The position numbers were made by a program, and so were the translations under genes. Positions 1 to 9,276 of a stretch of 64,000 bases of DNA are shown piece after piece. The stretch is from Myxococcota bacterium (GTDB taxonomy: Bacteria > Myxococcota_A > UBA9160 > UBA6930): assembly GCA_965223415.1 (NCBI GenBank), contig OZ245002.1:5120001-5184000 (forward strand), in the 5' to 3' direction. Positions within the stretch are counted from its first letter, which is position 1; the number at the start of each line of letters is the position of its first letter. The notes beneath the pieces were generated by a model. The model saw only the letters and a program-made list of their open reading frames with translations, was not told the origin of the DNA and did no database searches.

Positions 1-2
1 AC

Positions 3-581
3 GAAGCACAGGACCTCCGGCGTCTGCGCAAGAAGTATCGCGCCTTCCTGCGTGCCGAGGTCCGGCCCTGGAACGACGCCTACGCCTGCGAGGTGGTCCG
101 CGCCGGAGGTCGCGCCCTCTCCGACGAGGAGCGAGCGCGCCTCCGCGAGCTCTATCGCAACGTGCACGGGCGAAGCCGCGAGCTGAACACGTTCCCGCTC
201 CCCGGCGACGTGTTCGATCGGATGCTCGAGGACGAGTGCTGGGAGCTCCTGCTGCTGCGCCCCCGCGCCGCCGCCGTGGGCACGCCCCCGCTGGCCCTGG
301 TAGCGAGCTTCCGGGGGCCCGGGACCTACAGCCCGATGGTGATCGGGCTCGACTACGACCACGTGCGCAGCGCAGGACTCTATCGCCAGTGCCTGCGGCA
401 CGTCATCCAGCGGGGCCGCGCCCTCGGCTACCGGAGCATCGCCCTCGGGCTCGGAGCGGGCCTCCAGAAGCGGCGCTTCGGGGCTCGCGCCGAGACGGGG
501 AGCGTCTACCTGCTGGCGGAGGATCACTACCCCCTGGACGTGCTCGCAGAGATCCGCACGCGTACGCACCGAAGCGCGTGA
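3..581 (+). CDS. C-terminal GNAT-like acyltransferase domain, 5'-truncated by the window edge; probably the end of a PLP aminotransferase class I/II-GNAT fusion
   Basis: Frame open from base 3. Motifs LYRNV..LNTF, YSPMVIGLDYD..LYRQ and LGLGAGLQKRRFGA resemble the GNAT tail of such fusions (recalled, not searched). Confidence 0.6.
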   Translation, partial: EAQDLRRLRKKYRAFLRAEVRPWNDAYACEVVRAGGRALSDEERARLRELYRNVHGRSRELNTFPLPGDVFDRMLEDECWELLLLRPRAAAVGTPPLALVASFRGPGTYSPMVIGLDYDHVRSAGLYRQCLRHVIQRGRALGYRSIALGLGAGLQKRRFGARAETGSVYLLAEDHYPLDVLAEIRTRTHRSA

Positions 582-1489
582 GGGGGCCGGCGGCCGGTGC
601 AGCGCGATGGGTGACCGGGCTCCTGGGAGCCGCGCTCTTCGCCGGGGTGGCGGTGTTCGCTGCCAGCGAGTGGCGTCTCCAACGGCGTTGGCCGGCGCCC
701 CCGGACGTCGCCGCCTCGCCGCCGGCGCGGACCGTAGCGAACCCGGAGCCCCTCGATCGCGGGCGCCACCTGGCAGAGCACGTCACGCTCTGCGGGCACT
801 GCCACGCTGCGGACCTGGGCGGCGCGGCGATCTCCGAGAGCTTCTGGGCGGGCACCCTCTGGGCCCCCAATCTGACGGGGGGGCGCGGCGGCCTCGGCGC
901 GAGTCGAACCGAGGCGGACTGGATCGACGCTCTGCGCCGCGGCGTCGACCCGGACGACCGCACCCTGGTGGCCATGCCCGCCGACCATCTCGGGGCGCTC
1001 TCGGCGGCGGACCTCTCGGCCGTTCTCGCCTACCTGGCCCAGGTACCGCCGGTGGATCGGATCACGCCGCCCCGGCGCATCGGGCCCGCCGCGCGGCTCG
1101 CGATCCTGCTCGAGCGCGGCAGCGACGTGCTCGCCGCCGAGCGTGTCACCCCCACTCGCTCGCCGCCGCCCATGCCGGAACCCGCCCCCAGCGCCGCCTA
1201 CGGCGCCTACCTGGCGCGGGTCGGCCTCTGCTACCTCTGCCACCACGCGGATCTGTCCGGCGGCCTGCATCCCCTCGCCCTGCCGGGAGAGCCCTCGCCC
1301 GCAGACCTGCGTCCGGCCGCCCTGGCGGGCTGGTCCGAGGAGGACTTCCGGCTCGCGATGCGCGCCGGCCGCACTCCGGACGGCCGCACCCTCGACCCGG
1401 CCTGGATGCCCTGGCCCCGCTACGCCGGGCTCAGCGATCTGGAGCTGACGGCGCTCTGGCGGTTCCTTCGTGAGCGAAGAGGTCCCTAA
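578..1489 (+). CDS. Membrane-anchored diheme c-type cytochrome
   Basis: Two CxxCH motifs (CGHCH, CYLCH), APNLT and MPW motifs, N-terminal TM segment. GTG start overlaps the upstream TGA. Confidence 0.85.
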   Translation: MRGPAAGAARWVTGLLGAALFAGVAVFAASEWRLQRRWPAPPDVAASPPARTVANPEPLDRGRHLAEHVTLCGHCHAADLGGAAISESFWAGTLWAPNLTGGRGGLGASRTEADWIDALRRGVDPDDRTLVAMPADHLGALSAADLSAVLAYLAQVPPVDRITPPRRIGPAARLAILLERGSDVLAAERVTPTRSPPPMPEPAPSAAYGAYLARVGLCYLCHHADLSGGLHPLALPGEPSPADLRPAALAGWSEEDFRLAMRAGRTPDGRTLDPAWMPWPRYAGLSDLELTALWRFLRERRGP

Positions 1490-2019
1490 CGTCCGGCGTG
1501 CTCCCGGGCGAGCGTGACGTAGGAGAGCGTGCGCTCGCGCTGCAGCGCCAGCTCGTCGGCCCGAAGCTCCCGCACCGGCCGCGCCGGCGTTCCCACGACC
1601 AGGGTGCGCGGGGGCACCTCCGCTCCCGGCGCAACCACCGCGCCGGCTGCCACGAGCGCCTCGTCGCCCACCCGCGCGCCGTCGAGGACGACGGCACCGA
1701 TGCCGATCAGCGCCCCGTCGCCCACCCGGCAGCCGTGCACCACCGCTCGGTGACCGATGGTCACCTCGTCGCCCACCTCGGTCGGATGCCGATCCCGGGT
1801 GACGTGCAGGACCGCGCCGTCCTGCACGTTGCTGCGCTGGCCGACGCGGATGTGGTGCACGTCGCCCCGCAGCACGCAGGCGTACCAAACGCTCGTCTCG
1901 GCCCCGAGCTCCACCTCACCGATCACGGCGGCGCCAGGTGCCACCCAGGCGCTCTCGTCGATCCGCGGGTGGGAAGTGAGATAGGGAAGGATGCGCGCGT
2001 CGGGAAAGCGGTCGGTCAC
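1486..2019 (-). CDS. Gamma carbonic anhydrase family (YrdA/PaaY-like hexapeptide repeat) protein
   Basis: VLRGDVHHIRVG..SNVQD..LHV, IGH..VHGC. Only the last 177 aa of the 663-aa track ORF look real. Confidence 0.9.
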   Translation of the reverse strand: MTDRFPDARILPYLTSHPRIDESAWVAPGAAVIGEVELGAETSVWYACVLRGDVHHIRVGQRSNVQDGAVLHVTRDRHPTEVGDEVTIGHRAVVHGCRVGDGALIGIGAVVLDGARVGDEALVAAGAVVAPGAEVPPRTLVVGTPARPVRELRADELALQRERTLSYVTLAREHAGR

Positions 2020-2078
2020 GGCCGGAGAGTGACACGGCTTGCCCGCCGCGGCCCTTCCGGAGTGGGGGCATGCCGGCG

Positions 2079-2117
2079 TGCCCAGGAAACGGGCAGTCCC
2101 TGCCCAGGAGTTGGGCG
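2079..2117 (+). promoter_or_regulatory. Two tandem 17-bp NtrC-like enhancer sites upstream of amtB
   Basis: TGCCC-AGGAAAC-GGGCA (2079-2095) and TGCCC-AGGAGTT-GGGCG (2101-2117) have the NtrC-type TGCAC-N7-GTGCA geometry, with centres 22 bp apart. Confidence 0.6.
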
Positions 2118-2153
2118 AGCCCGCCGCACGGGGCCGTTCACGGCCTCCCGCCG

Positions 2154-2169
2154 TGGCATGCCGATTGCT
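2154..2169 (+). promoter_or_regulatory. Sigma54 (-24/-12) promoter of amtB
   Basis: TGGCAT-GCCGA-TTGCT with exact GG-N10-GC spacing, 33 bp before the ATG. Confidence 0.8.
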
Positions 2170-2202
2170 CCCCCGGCAGGCGTCACCGACCCGGAGGAAG
2201 CC

Positions 2203-3483
2203 ATGCTGCGCCCCGTCGTCCACCTGTCGATCCTGCTCGGCGTCGTCCTCGTAGCGGGGCCGGCCCTCGCCGAAGACGCACTCTCGGCGGGCGACACCGC
2301 CTGGATGCTCACCAGCACCGCCCTCGTGCTGATGATGACCGTGCCGGGCCTGGCGCTCTTCTACGGCGGCCTGGTCCGCTCGAAGAACGTGCTCTCGGTC
2401 TTCATGCAGTGCCTGATCTCCGCCGGAATGGCCGGCGTGGTCTGGATCCTGTTCGGCTACAGCCTGGCCTTCGGCGAGGGCAATGCCTTCATCGGGGACA
2501 CCTCGAAGGTGCTGCTCTCGGGCATCACGCCGGAGACGCTGTTCGGCACCATCCCCGAGTACGTCTTCGTGATGTTCCAGGGGATGTTCGCGATCATCAC
2601 CCCGGCGCTGATGCTGGGCGCTTTCGCCGAGCGCATGAAGTTCTCGGCCTATCTGGTGTTCATCGCCCTCTGGCTGGTACTGGTCTACTGCCCCCTGGCT
2701 CACATGGTGTGGGGCGGCGGCTTCATCGGCGCGAGCATCGGCGCCCTGGACTTCGCCGGGGGCCTGGTCGTCCACATGTCCAGCGGCTACTCGGCGCTGG
2801 TGGCGGCGATCGTGCTGGGGCCGCGCAAGGGCTACGGCAAGTCGCCGATGCCTCCCCACAACCTGCCCTACACCGTGATCGGGGCGGCGCTCCTGTGGGT
2901 CGGCTGGTTCGGCTTCAACGCGGGCAGCGAGCTCGCTGCCGACGGAACCGCGGGCCTGGCCTTTCTCACCACGAACACGGCCACTGCCGCGGCGATCCTG
3001 GTGTGGGCGCTCATCGAGCAGCTCCACCTGGGCAAGCCCACGGTGCTGGGGGCCGCCACCGCCGCCGTCGCCGGCCTGGTGTGCATCACGCCGGCCTGCG
3101 CCTTCGTCACGCCGGTCGGCGCCCTGGGCGTGGGAGGCATCGGGGCGGCCGTCTGCTACTTCGCCGTCGGCATCCTGAAGCCGCGCCTCGGCTACGACGA
3201 CTCGCTCGACGTGTTCGGCGTCCACGGCGTGGGCGGCACCTGGGGCGCTCTCGCCACCGCGATCTTCATCGGCGACTTCGCCCTCGGCGACGGGAGCTGG
3301 GGCGGCCAGCTCTGGGCGCAGATCCAGAGCATCGTCTTCACGGCGATCTTCGCGCCGCTGGTGACCATCGTGATCCTCTACGTGCTGAGGGCGGTGCTCG
3401 GCGACCTGCGGGTCGACGAGGATGCGGAGGCCGAGGGGCTCGACCTGGCGGAGCACTCGGAGACGGCCTACTCCCACGAGTGA
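2203..3483 (+). CDS. amtB: Ammonium transporter
   Basis: GDTAWML..LVLMM.PGLALFYGG, LDFAGG.VVH, GWFGFNAGS, DDSLDVFGVHG. GGAGG RBS before ATG 2203. Confidence 0.97.
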   Translation: MLRPVVHLSILLGVVLVAGPALAEDALSAGDTAWMLTSTALVLMMTVPGLALFYGGLVRSKNVLSVFMQCLISAGMAGVVWILFGYSLAFGEGNAFIGDTSKVLLSGITPETLFGTIPEYVFVMFQGMFAIITPALMLGAFAERMKFSAYLVFIALWLVLVYCPLAHMVWGGGFIGASIGALDFAGGLVVHMSSGYSALVAAIVLGPRKGYGKSPMPPHNLPYTVIGAALLWVGWFGFNAGSELAADGTAGLAFLTTNTATAAAILVWALIEQLHLGKPTVLGAATAAVAGLVCITPACAFVTPVGALGVGGIGAAVCYFAVGILKPRLGYDDSLDVFGVHGVGGTWGALATAIFIGDFALGDGSWGGQLWAQIQSIVFTAIFAPLVTIVILYVLRAVLGDLRVDEDAEAEGLDLAEHSETAYSHE

Positions 3484-3566
3484 TCGGCCCGGCAGGCGGC
3501 ACCCTTCCGGGGCTCCGCCCGCCGGCGCTTCGGGGCTACCCTGGCCCGTCCGCTCAGGAGGAAGCC

Positions 3567-4748
3567 ATGCGCGTGGAAATCGGCGGCAAGCCCACCGGGC
3601 CCCTGGCCGGGGTGCAGGTCCTGGACCTCTCGACCATCGTCTCGGGCCCGCTCTGCGGCCAGGTCCTCGGCGATCTCGGCGCCGACGTGGTGAAGGTGGA
3701 GACCGCCGTCGGGGACACGGCCCGGTATCTGGGCGGCCTGCGACGAGCCGACATGACGGGCTTCTTCGCCCAGTTCAACCGCAACAAGCGCAGCGTCGTG
3801 CTCGATCTCAAGAGCGACGCCGGAGCGGCGGCCCTGCGCAAGCTCGCGCTGCGGGCGGACGTGCTGATCGAGAACTTCCGACCGGGGGTGATGGACCGCC
3901 TGGGGCTCGGCTACGAGCAGCTCGCCGAAGAGCATCCGGAGCTCATCTACGTCGCGATCAGCGGCTTCGGGCCGGACGGCCCGTACCGCGACCAGCCCGC
4001 CTACGACATGATCGTCCAGGCCCTCTCCGGCTTCGCCAAGCTCCTCGGCAGCGACGACGAGCCCCAGCTCATCAGCAACCTCGTGGCCGACAAGACCAGC
4101 GGCATCACCGCCGCCTGGGCGACCCTGGCCGCCCTGTTCGCGCGGGAGCGCGGCGGCCGCGGACAGCGGGTCGACGTGCCCATGCTCGACGCCTTCGCGG
4201 GCTTCGTGCTGCCCGACGCCTTCGGGCCCTACGCGTTCGGCGAGCCTCCGGAAGACCCGGCGGTCGGCGAGATGCTCTATCGGGCGTGGCAGACCGCGGA
4301 CGGACACGTCGCGACCCTGGTGATCGAAGACCACCAGTTCCAGGCCCTGTGCCGCGTGCTCGAGCGCGAGGACCTGGCGGCCGACGCACGCTTCACGTCC
4401 CTCATGGGTCGCCTGCAGAACGCCGGCGAGCTGTTCGGCGTCATGGAGATCGAGCTCCGCAAGCACACCACCGCCGAGCTGATGCGGCGCGCCCACGAGC
4501 ACGGCGCTCCCCTCGGCGCCGTGAACGGTATGGACGAGTTCCTGGCCGACCCCCAGGTCCGGTCGAACCAGACCGTCTTCGAGCTCGAGCACCCGGAAGC
4601 CGGCCCCATCGCCCTCTTCCGCAGCGCCCCCCGCTTCGCCCGCACCCCGAGCGACGTCCGCCGCCCCCCGCCCAAGCTCGGCGAGCACACCGAAGAAGTC
4701 CTCCGCGAAGCCGGCCTCACCCCCGAAGAGATCGAGTCATTGCGCTAG
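3567..4748 (+). CDS. CaiB/BaiF family (class III) CoA-transferase
   Basis: GPLAGVQVLDL, LGDLGADVVKVE, NRNKRS, DVLIENFRPG, PAYDM, PPKLGEHT. Confidence 0.95.
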   Translation: MRVEIGGKPTGPLAGVQVLDLSTIVSGPLCGQVLGDLGADVVKVETAVGDTARYLGGLRRADMTGFFAQFNRNKRSVVLDLKSDAGAAALRKLALRADVLIENFRPGVMDRLGLGYEQLAEEHPELIYVAISGFGPDGPYRDQPAYDMIVQALSGFAKLLGSDDEPQLISNLVADKTSGITAAWATLAALFARERGGRGQRVDVPMLDAFAGFVLPDAFGPYAFGEPPEDPAVGEMLYRAWQTADGHVATLVIEDHQFQALCRVLEREDLAADARFTSLMGRLQNAGELFGVMEIELRKHTTAELMRRAHEHGAPLGAVNGMDEFLADPQVRSNQTVFELEHPEAGPIALFRSAPRFARTPSDVRRPPPKLGEHTEEVLREAGLTPEEIESLR

Positions 4749-4782
4749 CCGTTGCATTCGGGGCCCGTTCCGTTCGTTGCGT

Positions 4783-4819
4783 CGTTAAGTTAGGGGCCGG
4801 TTCCGATTGTCAAGTTGTT
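4783..4819 (+). repeat. Left 37-bp copy of an inverted repeat pair, preceded by a degenerate tandem copy at 4750-4782
   Basis: CGTTAAGTTAGGGGCCGGTTCCGATTGTCAAGTTGTT is 35/37 identical to the reverse complement of 6323-6359. Confidence 0.9.
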
Positions 4820-5475
4820 CGGGGGGGCCGGCCCGTCACGGTTTGGTAGATGATGCGGGCGCAGGTCTCGACGAGGTCGTCGCGGGTGGCGTCGCCGCTC
4901 AGGAGCGTGGCCTGGTGGGCGGCGATCAGCTCGAGAAGCGAGCCGATGGCGGCGGCGGCGACCCAGGGGTGGAGCTCGGGCTCGACGTGGCCGTCCGCCT
5001 GGGCCCGCTCGATCTTGGCGGCGAAGGCGTCGAGGAGCGGCCCGAGGGCGTCGCGGCGCACTCGGTGGAATCGGCGATTCCCGCGGTCCGACTCCAGGTT
5101 CCGCAGCAGGAGCACCGCGTGGTGCGCCTCCCAGTGGCGGATGAAGCCGTCGACGATCTCCCGGGCGCGGTCGAGCCCGGCGCGGCCGCGCCAGGAGCCA
5201 TCGATCAGGGCGAACAGCGCCGGCATCTCCTCGGCGGCCGTCTCGGCCAGCTCCAGGGCCACCTCCTCCACATCCTTGAAGTAGTGGTAGAAGGTCGCGG
5301 GGGAGGTGCCCGCCGCACGGGCGATCTCGACCACCGACAGATCGAGGACGCCGCGCTCGTCCAGCAATCGTGCGGTGGCGGCGAGGATGCGCTTTCGCGT
5401 CTTGAGGGCGCGGGGCCCGAGGGCGCGGCCGCTCTGGGCGACCGGCGTCTTCCGGCGGCGGTTCGTTTTTGACAC
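4810..5475 (-). CDS. TetR/AcrR family transcriptional regulator
   Basis: TRKRILAATARLL..LSVVEIARAAGTSPATFYHYF HTH. GTG start at 5475 lies 8 nt after TAGAAT. Confidence 0.93.
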   Translation of the reverse strand: MSKTNRRRKTPVAQSGRALGPRALKTRKRILAATARLLDERGVLDLSVVEIARAAGTSPATFYHYFKDVEEVALELAETAAEEMPALFALIDGSWRGRAGLDRAREIVDGFIRHWEAHHAVLLLRNLESDRGNRRFHRVRRDALGPLLDAFAAKIERAQADGHVEPELHPWVAAAAIGSLLELIAAHQATLLSGDATRDDLVETCARIIYQTVTGRPPRTT

Positions 5476-5484
5476 TTCGTCAAA
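5468..5484. promoter_or_regulatory. Palindromic operator TTTGAC-N5-GTCAAA, likely the TetR site
   Basis: Perfect palindrome overlapping the tetR start at the tetR/SDR divergent junction. A second copy is at 9236-9250. Confidence 0.7.
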
Positions 5485-5512
5485 TTCTAGCAGCTGGCCT
5501 ACCTTGCGGCGG

Positions 5513-6316
5513 ATGCGCGCTCCGGAGCTGTTCGACCTCGGCGGCCGCACGGCCCTCGTCACCGGCGGCGGACGCGGCCTCGGGCGCTTCATGGCGGAGG
5601 GGTTGGCCGAGGCTGGCGCCCGGGTCTTCGTGGCGTCGCGCAAGCTCGCGGCCTGTGAGGCCGCCGCCGCGGCGATCCGCGAGGCCGGAGGCGACGCCAG
5701 CGCCGTCCAGGCGGACGTGTCGCAGCCGGACAGCGTCCGCGCCCTCGTCGACCAGGTGATCGCGGACGCCGGCCGCATCGACGTCCTCGTGAACAACGCC
5801 GCCCTCGCCTGGGCCGCGCCCTTCTTCGACTATCCCCTCGAAGGCTGGGACAAGGTCTTCGACCTGAACGTCCGCGGCGTCTTCCTGCTTGCCCAGGCCG
5901 TGGCGCGCCACATGCGGGAGCACGGCGGGGGCTCGATCATCAATCTCAGCTCGCTCTCCGCCCGCTTCGGCGCGACCGACGAGGAGCAGCCGGTCGTCGC
6001 GTACATGGCCAGCAAGGGCGCCGTCGAGGCTCTGACCCGCGACCTGGCCGTGAAGCTCGCCCCCCACGGCATCCGCGTGAACGCGATCGCTCCGGGACCC
6101 TTCGATACGGACATGCTCGCCCACATCAAGAGCGACCCGGCCACCCTCGCCCGCCACGACCACCAGGTCCCCCTCGGCCGCCCCGGCGGCCCGGACGACA
6201 TCAAGGGCGTCGCGGTCTTCCTCGCCAGCCCCGCCGCCGCCTACGTCACCGGGGCCGTCCTCCGCGTCGACGGCGGTATCGCCAGCGTCTACCCCGTCAA
6301 GAAGCTCGCCCCCTGA
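5513..6316 (+). CDS. Short-chain dehydrogenase/reductase
   Basis: TGGGRGLG, NNA, YMASK, IRVNAIAPG, VDGG. Confidence 0.95.
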   Translation: MRAPELFDLGGRTALVTGGGRGLGRFMAEGLAEAGARVFVASRKLAACEAAAAAIREAGGDASAVQADVSQPDSVRALVDQVIADAGRIDVLVNNAALAWAAPFFDYPLEGWDKVFDLNVRGVFLLAQAVARHMREHGGGSIINLSSLSARFGATDEEQPVVAYMASKGAVEALTRDLAVKLAPHGIRVNAIAPGPFDTDMLAHIKSDPATLARHDHQVPLGRPGGPDDIKGVAVFLASPAAAYVTGAVLRVDGGIASVYPVKKLAP

Positions 6317-6322
6317 GCGCGC

Positions 6323-6359
6323 AACAACTTAACAAACGGAACCGGCCCCTAACTTAACG
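6323..6359 (-). repeat. Right 37-bp copy of the inverted repeat pair
   Basis: AACAACTTAACAAACGGAACCGGCCCCTAACTTAACG, which contains the TAA stop of the downstream ligase gene. Confidence 0.9.
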
Positions 6360-8009
6360 GTAGGTGTGGCCGGCGATTTCGGTGTGGTGGGTGGTGAGGT
6401 GGGCGAGGGCCTTCTCGCGCAGGGGGTCGAGCTGGATCTTCTGGCTGCCGGTGTAGGTAACGTCTTCCGGGCGGACGGGGATGACGACGCGGGGGACCTT
6501 GTAGCTGGCGATCCGATCGCGCAGGTGGGAGCGCAGGGCGTCCGGGTCCGGCGGGGTGGTGGCGTCGGTGGGGATGACGCAGAGCACGATGGCTTCGCCG
6601 AGGGTCGGATGGGGGACGCCCAGGGCGTGGGCGGCCTTCACACCCGGGTAGGCCGCCAGAGCGGTCTCGATCTCGAGGGGCGACACGTTGGCGCCGCCGG
6701 TCTTGATCAGGTTCGAGAGCCGCCCCTTCCAGTGCAGGTTGCCATCGGCGTCGATCCAGCCCCCGTCCTGGGTGCGGAAGAAGCCCTCAGCGTCGAAGGC
6801 GTTCTCTGGATCGACCTTGTAGTAGCCGACCATCAGGGTCGGCCCCTTGACGGCGATCTCGCCTTTCTCGCCCTGGGCCAGCGATGCGCCCGACTCCGGC
6901 TCGACGATCCGGACGGTATTGCCCGGGAGCGGCGGTCCGTGGGTTTCGTGCCGCAGCGCCGGGGCGGCCCGGGCGGGCAGCGCCGTCGCCAGGGTGAAGG
7001 TCTCGGACAGGCCGTAGGACCCGTAGATCCCCCACTCGTCCTTCTCCAGGGGGACGAGCTTCGCGAGGGGCGAGCTGAACTCCACCCGTCGAACGCTGCG
7101 CAGGTCCCGGCCGGTGGCGCTGGGATGCTCGGCCATGGACTTCTCCTGGTGCGGCCAGGCGTGGACGGTGGTGATGCGCTCGCGCTCGATCGTCGCCAGG
7201 GCCTGTTCCGGGTCGAAGGACTCCTCCACGACCAGGGTCGCCCCCGCGGCGAGCGTCGCGCCCAGCGACATGGCGATGCCCGCGGTCCAGAAGAAGGGCT
7301 GGGCGGAGTACACCCGATCGTCGGACGACAGATCCATCAGCTCCGCGAAGCGCCAGCTCTGCAGGATGGCGGCGCGCTGGCGATGCAGCACGCCCTTCGG
7401 TTGGGCGGTCGTGCCCGACGTGTAGATGATGCAGCCCTCGTCCGAGGGTGCGACCTCCGAGATGCAGGCATCGAGGAGCTCGTCGTCTTCCCCGGCCCCC
7501 CGCTCGATCAGCTGGGACCAGGGCACCGCGCCGCCGCGACCGCGCTCGAGAGCCAGACAGAAGATGCGCCGCAGCTGCGGCAGCGCCCGCACCCGCAGCC
7601 CCCCCGGCCCGGCCTCCCCGACGGCGGCGTGCTGCTCGAGCAGCTCGTCGAGGAAGCGGTGCTTGAGGAGCTCCCGCTGCATGAGGAGCACCGAGACGTC
7701 CCCGTGGCGGAGGATGTGGTCGCGCTCCGAGGGGCTCGCGTAGGTGTTCACGGGAACCACCACGGCGCCGGTCATCGCCGCGCCGAAGGCCGCGGTCACC
7801 CACTCCGGGCGGTTCGCCAGCCACACCCCCACGCGAGCACCCTTCACCACGCCGGCCGCGACGAGCCCCTTCGCCACCGCCCGCGCACCCGCGTGCAGCC
7901 GTGCGTAGCTCCAGCTCTCGTCGCCGAAGCGCAGCGCCTCCCGCTCGCCGAAGCGCGCCGCCACGTCCTCGAGGAAACGCGGCCAGGTCTGGCGGTGAGG
8001 ATCGGGCAC
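6354..8009 (-). CDS. Acyl-CoA synthetase (class I adenylate-forming enzyme)
   Basis: YTSGTTAQPKG, YGLSET, FFRTQDGG, GRLSNLIKTGGANV, YKVP. GGAGG before GTG 8009. Confidence 0.93.
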   Translation of the reverse strand: MPDPHRQTWPRFLEDVAARFGEREALRFGDESWSYARLHAGARAVAKGLVAAGVVKGARVGVWLANRPEWVTAAFGAAMTGAVVVPVNTYASPSERDHILRHGDVSVLLMQRELLKHRFLDELLEQHAAVGEAGPGGLRVRALPQLRRIFCLALERGRGGAVPWSQLIERGAGEDDELLDACISEVAPSDEGCIIYTSGTTAQPKGVLHRQRAAILQSWRFAELMDLSSDDRVYSAQPFFWTAGIAMSLGATLAAGATLVVEESFDPEQALATIERERITTVHAWPHQEKSMAEHPSATGRDLRSVRRVEFSSPLAKLVPLEKDEWGIYGSYGLSETFTLATALPARAAPALRHETHGPPLPGNTVRIVEPESGASLAQGEKGEIAVKGPTLMVGYYKVDPENAFDAEGFFRTQDGGWIDADGNLHWKGRLSNLIKTGGANVSPLEIETALAAYPGVKAAHALGVPHPTLGEAIVLCVIPTDATTPPDPDALRSHLRDRIASYKVPRVVIPVRPEDVTYTGSQKIQLDPLREKALAHLTTHHTEIAGHTYR

Positions 8010-8032
8010 GCGAGCGCCTCCGGGAGCCGAGT

Positions 8033-9205
8033 CTACTCCTCGGGCAGGGCCTCGGTGGGAAGCTGGATCTCGGCCTGGCCGGCGGCCATCACCGCGTCCT
8101 TCTGATTGGTCATCGTCACCTCGACGGTGGCGATCGGCAGGCCCGTCTCCGGCTGCTCCTGCACGTCGGTGACGGCGCCGTTCAGGTAGGTCATGTCGCC
8201 GAGGAGCGCCGGCGAGCGGTAGGACATGTTGCTGTGCAGCACCCGCCCCCACTCGCCGACCCAGTTCGTCAGGTAGTCGAGCACCCACGCGCCCATCGAC
8301 GCCCCGTAGCCGTAGCCGCGGGGCATGCCGATCAGCTGGGCGTAGCGATCCTGCACGTGGCCCCGGGAAGGCCCGTAGTAGAGCCCGTCGCTGTAGGTGG
8401 GATCCACCTTCGCGCCCTCCAGGTCCCGTGACATCTCCGGCAGCCAGCCTGCCCGCCACAGGGAGGTGGGACCGCCGCTCGCGCGGAAGGTGCCCCAGAC
8501 CGTGAACGGGTAGGAGCGCCACTCGGTCGTGAAACTCATCACCGTGTGCGGACCGATGGGACGGGTCGGCAGGGTGTCGCCGGCCTTCACGAAGAGCCGC
8601 CGGTCGTGCGCCAGATCGAGGAAGCTCTGGTAGTAGTCGAACTTCTGCTTCTCGATCTCCCGCAGCTCGTCGTCGTTCCAGGTCGTCGTCGGGTCCTCCA
8701 TGAACTGGCCCTTCTCCCGGGCCAGGTCCGCGCGGTAGCGGATGGAGGTGGAACGCTGCTTGCAGACGATCTCGCCCCGCTGGTTCACGTAGGTCGTGTC
8801 GCCCCGGGAGAACATGGTGGGGCCCGCGAACTTCGTCTCCGTGACCTTGTAGTCGAAGAGCATGCGCTCGTGGCGGAAGGAGTCGCCGGGGTAGATGCGC
8901 GGCCCGTAGAACCACCACTCGTCGCCGCCGAAGAGCATGTGGGTTCCCGGGATGTGCCCTTGGATGGCCGGCGCCGCCCCGTGGCTGTCGTCGGTGCACA
9001 CCGCATAGGACTGGGGCGCCACCAGCTCGCCGTAGCGACCCTCCTCCGCGTACTCCTCGTCGTAGTAGAGCGGGTTCGGGTTCTGCATGCCCTGGGCCCA
9101 GCGCCGCAGATCGTTCGGGTGGATCGGGTCCTTGGGCTCGCCCCCCCCCAAAGGCACCCCGATCCACCGGTCGACGTCGGTCGTGTCGAAGTCGTGAGCC
9201 GCCAT
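8033..9205 (-). CDS. Tandem hot-dog (MaoC/FAS1-like) acyl-CoA dehydratase
   Basis: DLRRWAQG..NPNPLYYD, APQSY, MLFGGDEWWFY..IYPGD, then a second hot-dog domain (GHVQD..A..IGMP..YGYG). Confidence 0.8.
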   Translation of the reverse strand: MAAHDFDTTDVDRWIGVPLGGGEPKDPIHPNDLRRWAQGMQNPNPLYYDEEYAEEGRYGELVAPQSYAVCTDDSHGAAPAIQGHIPGTHMLFGGDEWWFYGPRIYPGDSFRHERMLFDYKVTETKFAGPTMFSRGDTTYVNQRGEIVCKQRSTSIRYRADLAREKGQFMEDPTTTWNDDELREIEKQKFDYYQSFLDLAHDRRLFVKAGDTLPTRPIGPHTVMSFTTEWRSYPFTVWGTFRASGGPTSLWRAGWLPEMSRDLEGAKVDPTYSDGLYYGPSRGHVQDRYAQLIGMPRGYGYGASMGAWVLDYLTNWVGEWGRVLHSNMSYRSPALLGDMTYLNGAVTDVQEQPETGLPIATVEVTMTNQKDAVMAAGQAEIQLPTEALPEE

Positions 9206-9235
9206 GGAGCCTCCGCTGGGGAACCCGGGTAGTAT

Positions 9236-9250
9236 TTGACGGACCGTCAA
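9236..9250. promoter_or_regulatory. Second TTGAC-N5-GTCAA operator, in the dehydratase/VOC divergent intergenic region
   Basis: TTGAC-GGACC-GTCAA has the same half-sites and spacing as 5469-5483. Confidence 0.65.
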
Positions 9251-9276
9251 CTCGGTCAAGGGCTAGCATCGCCGCC

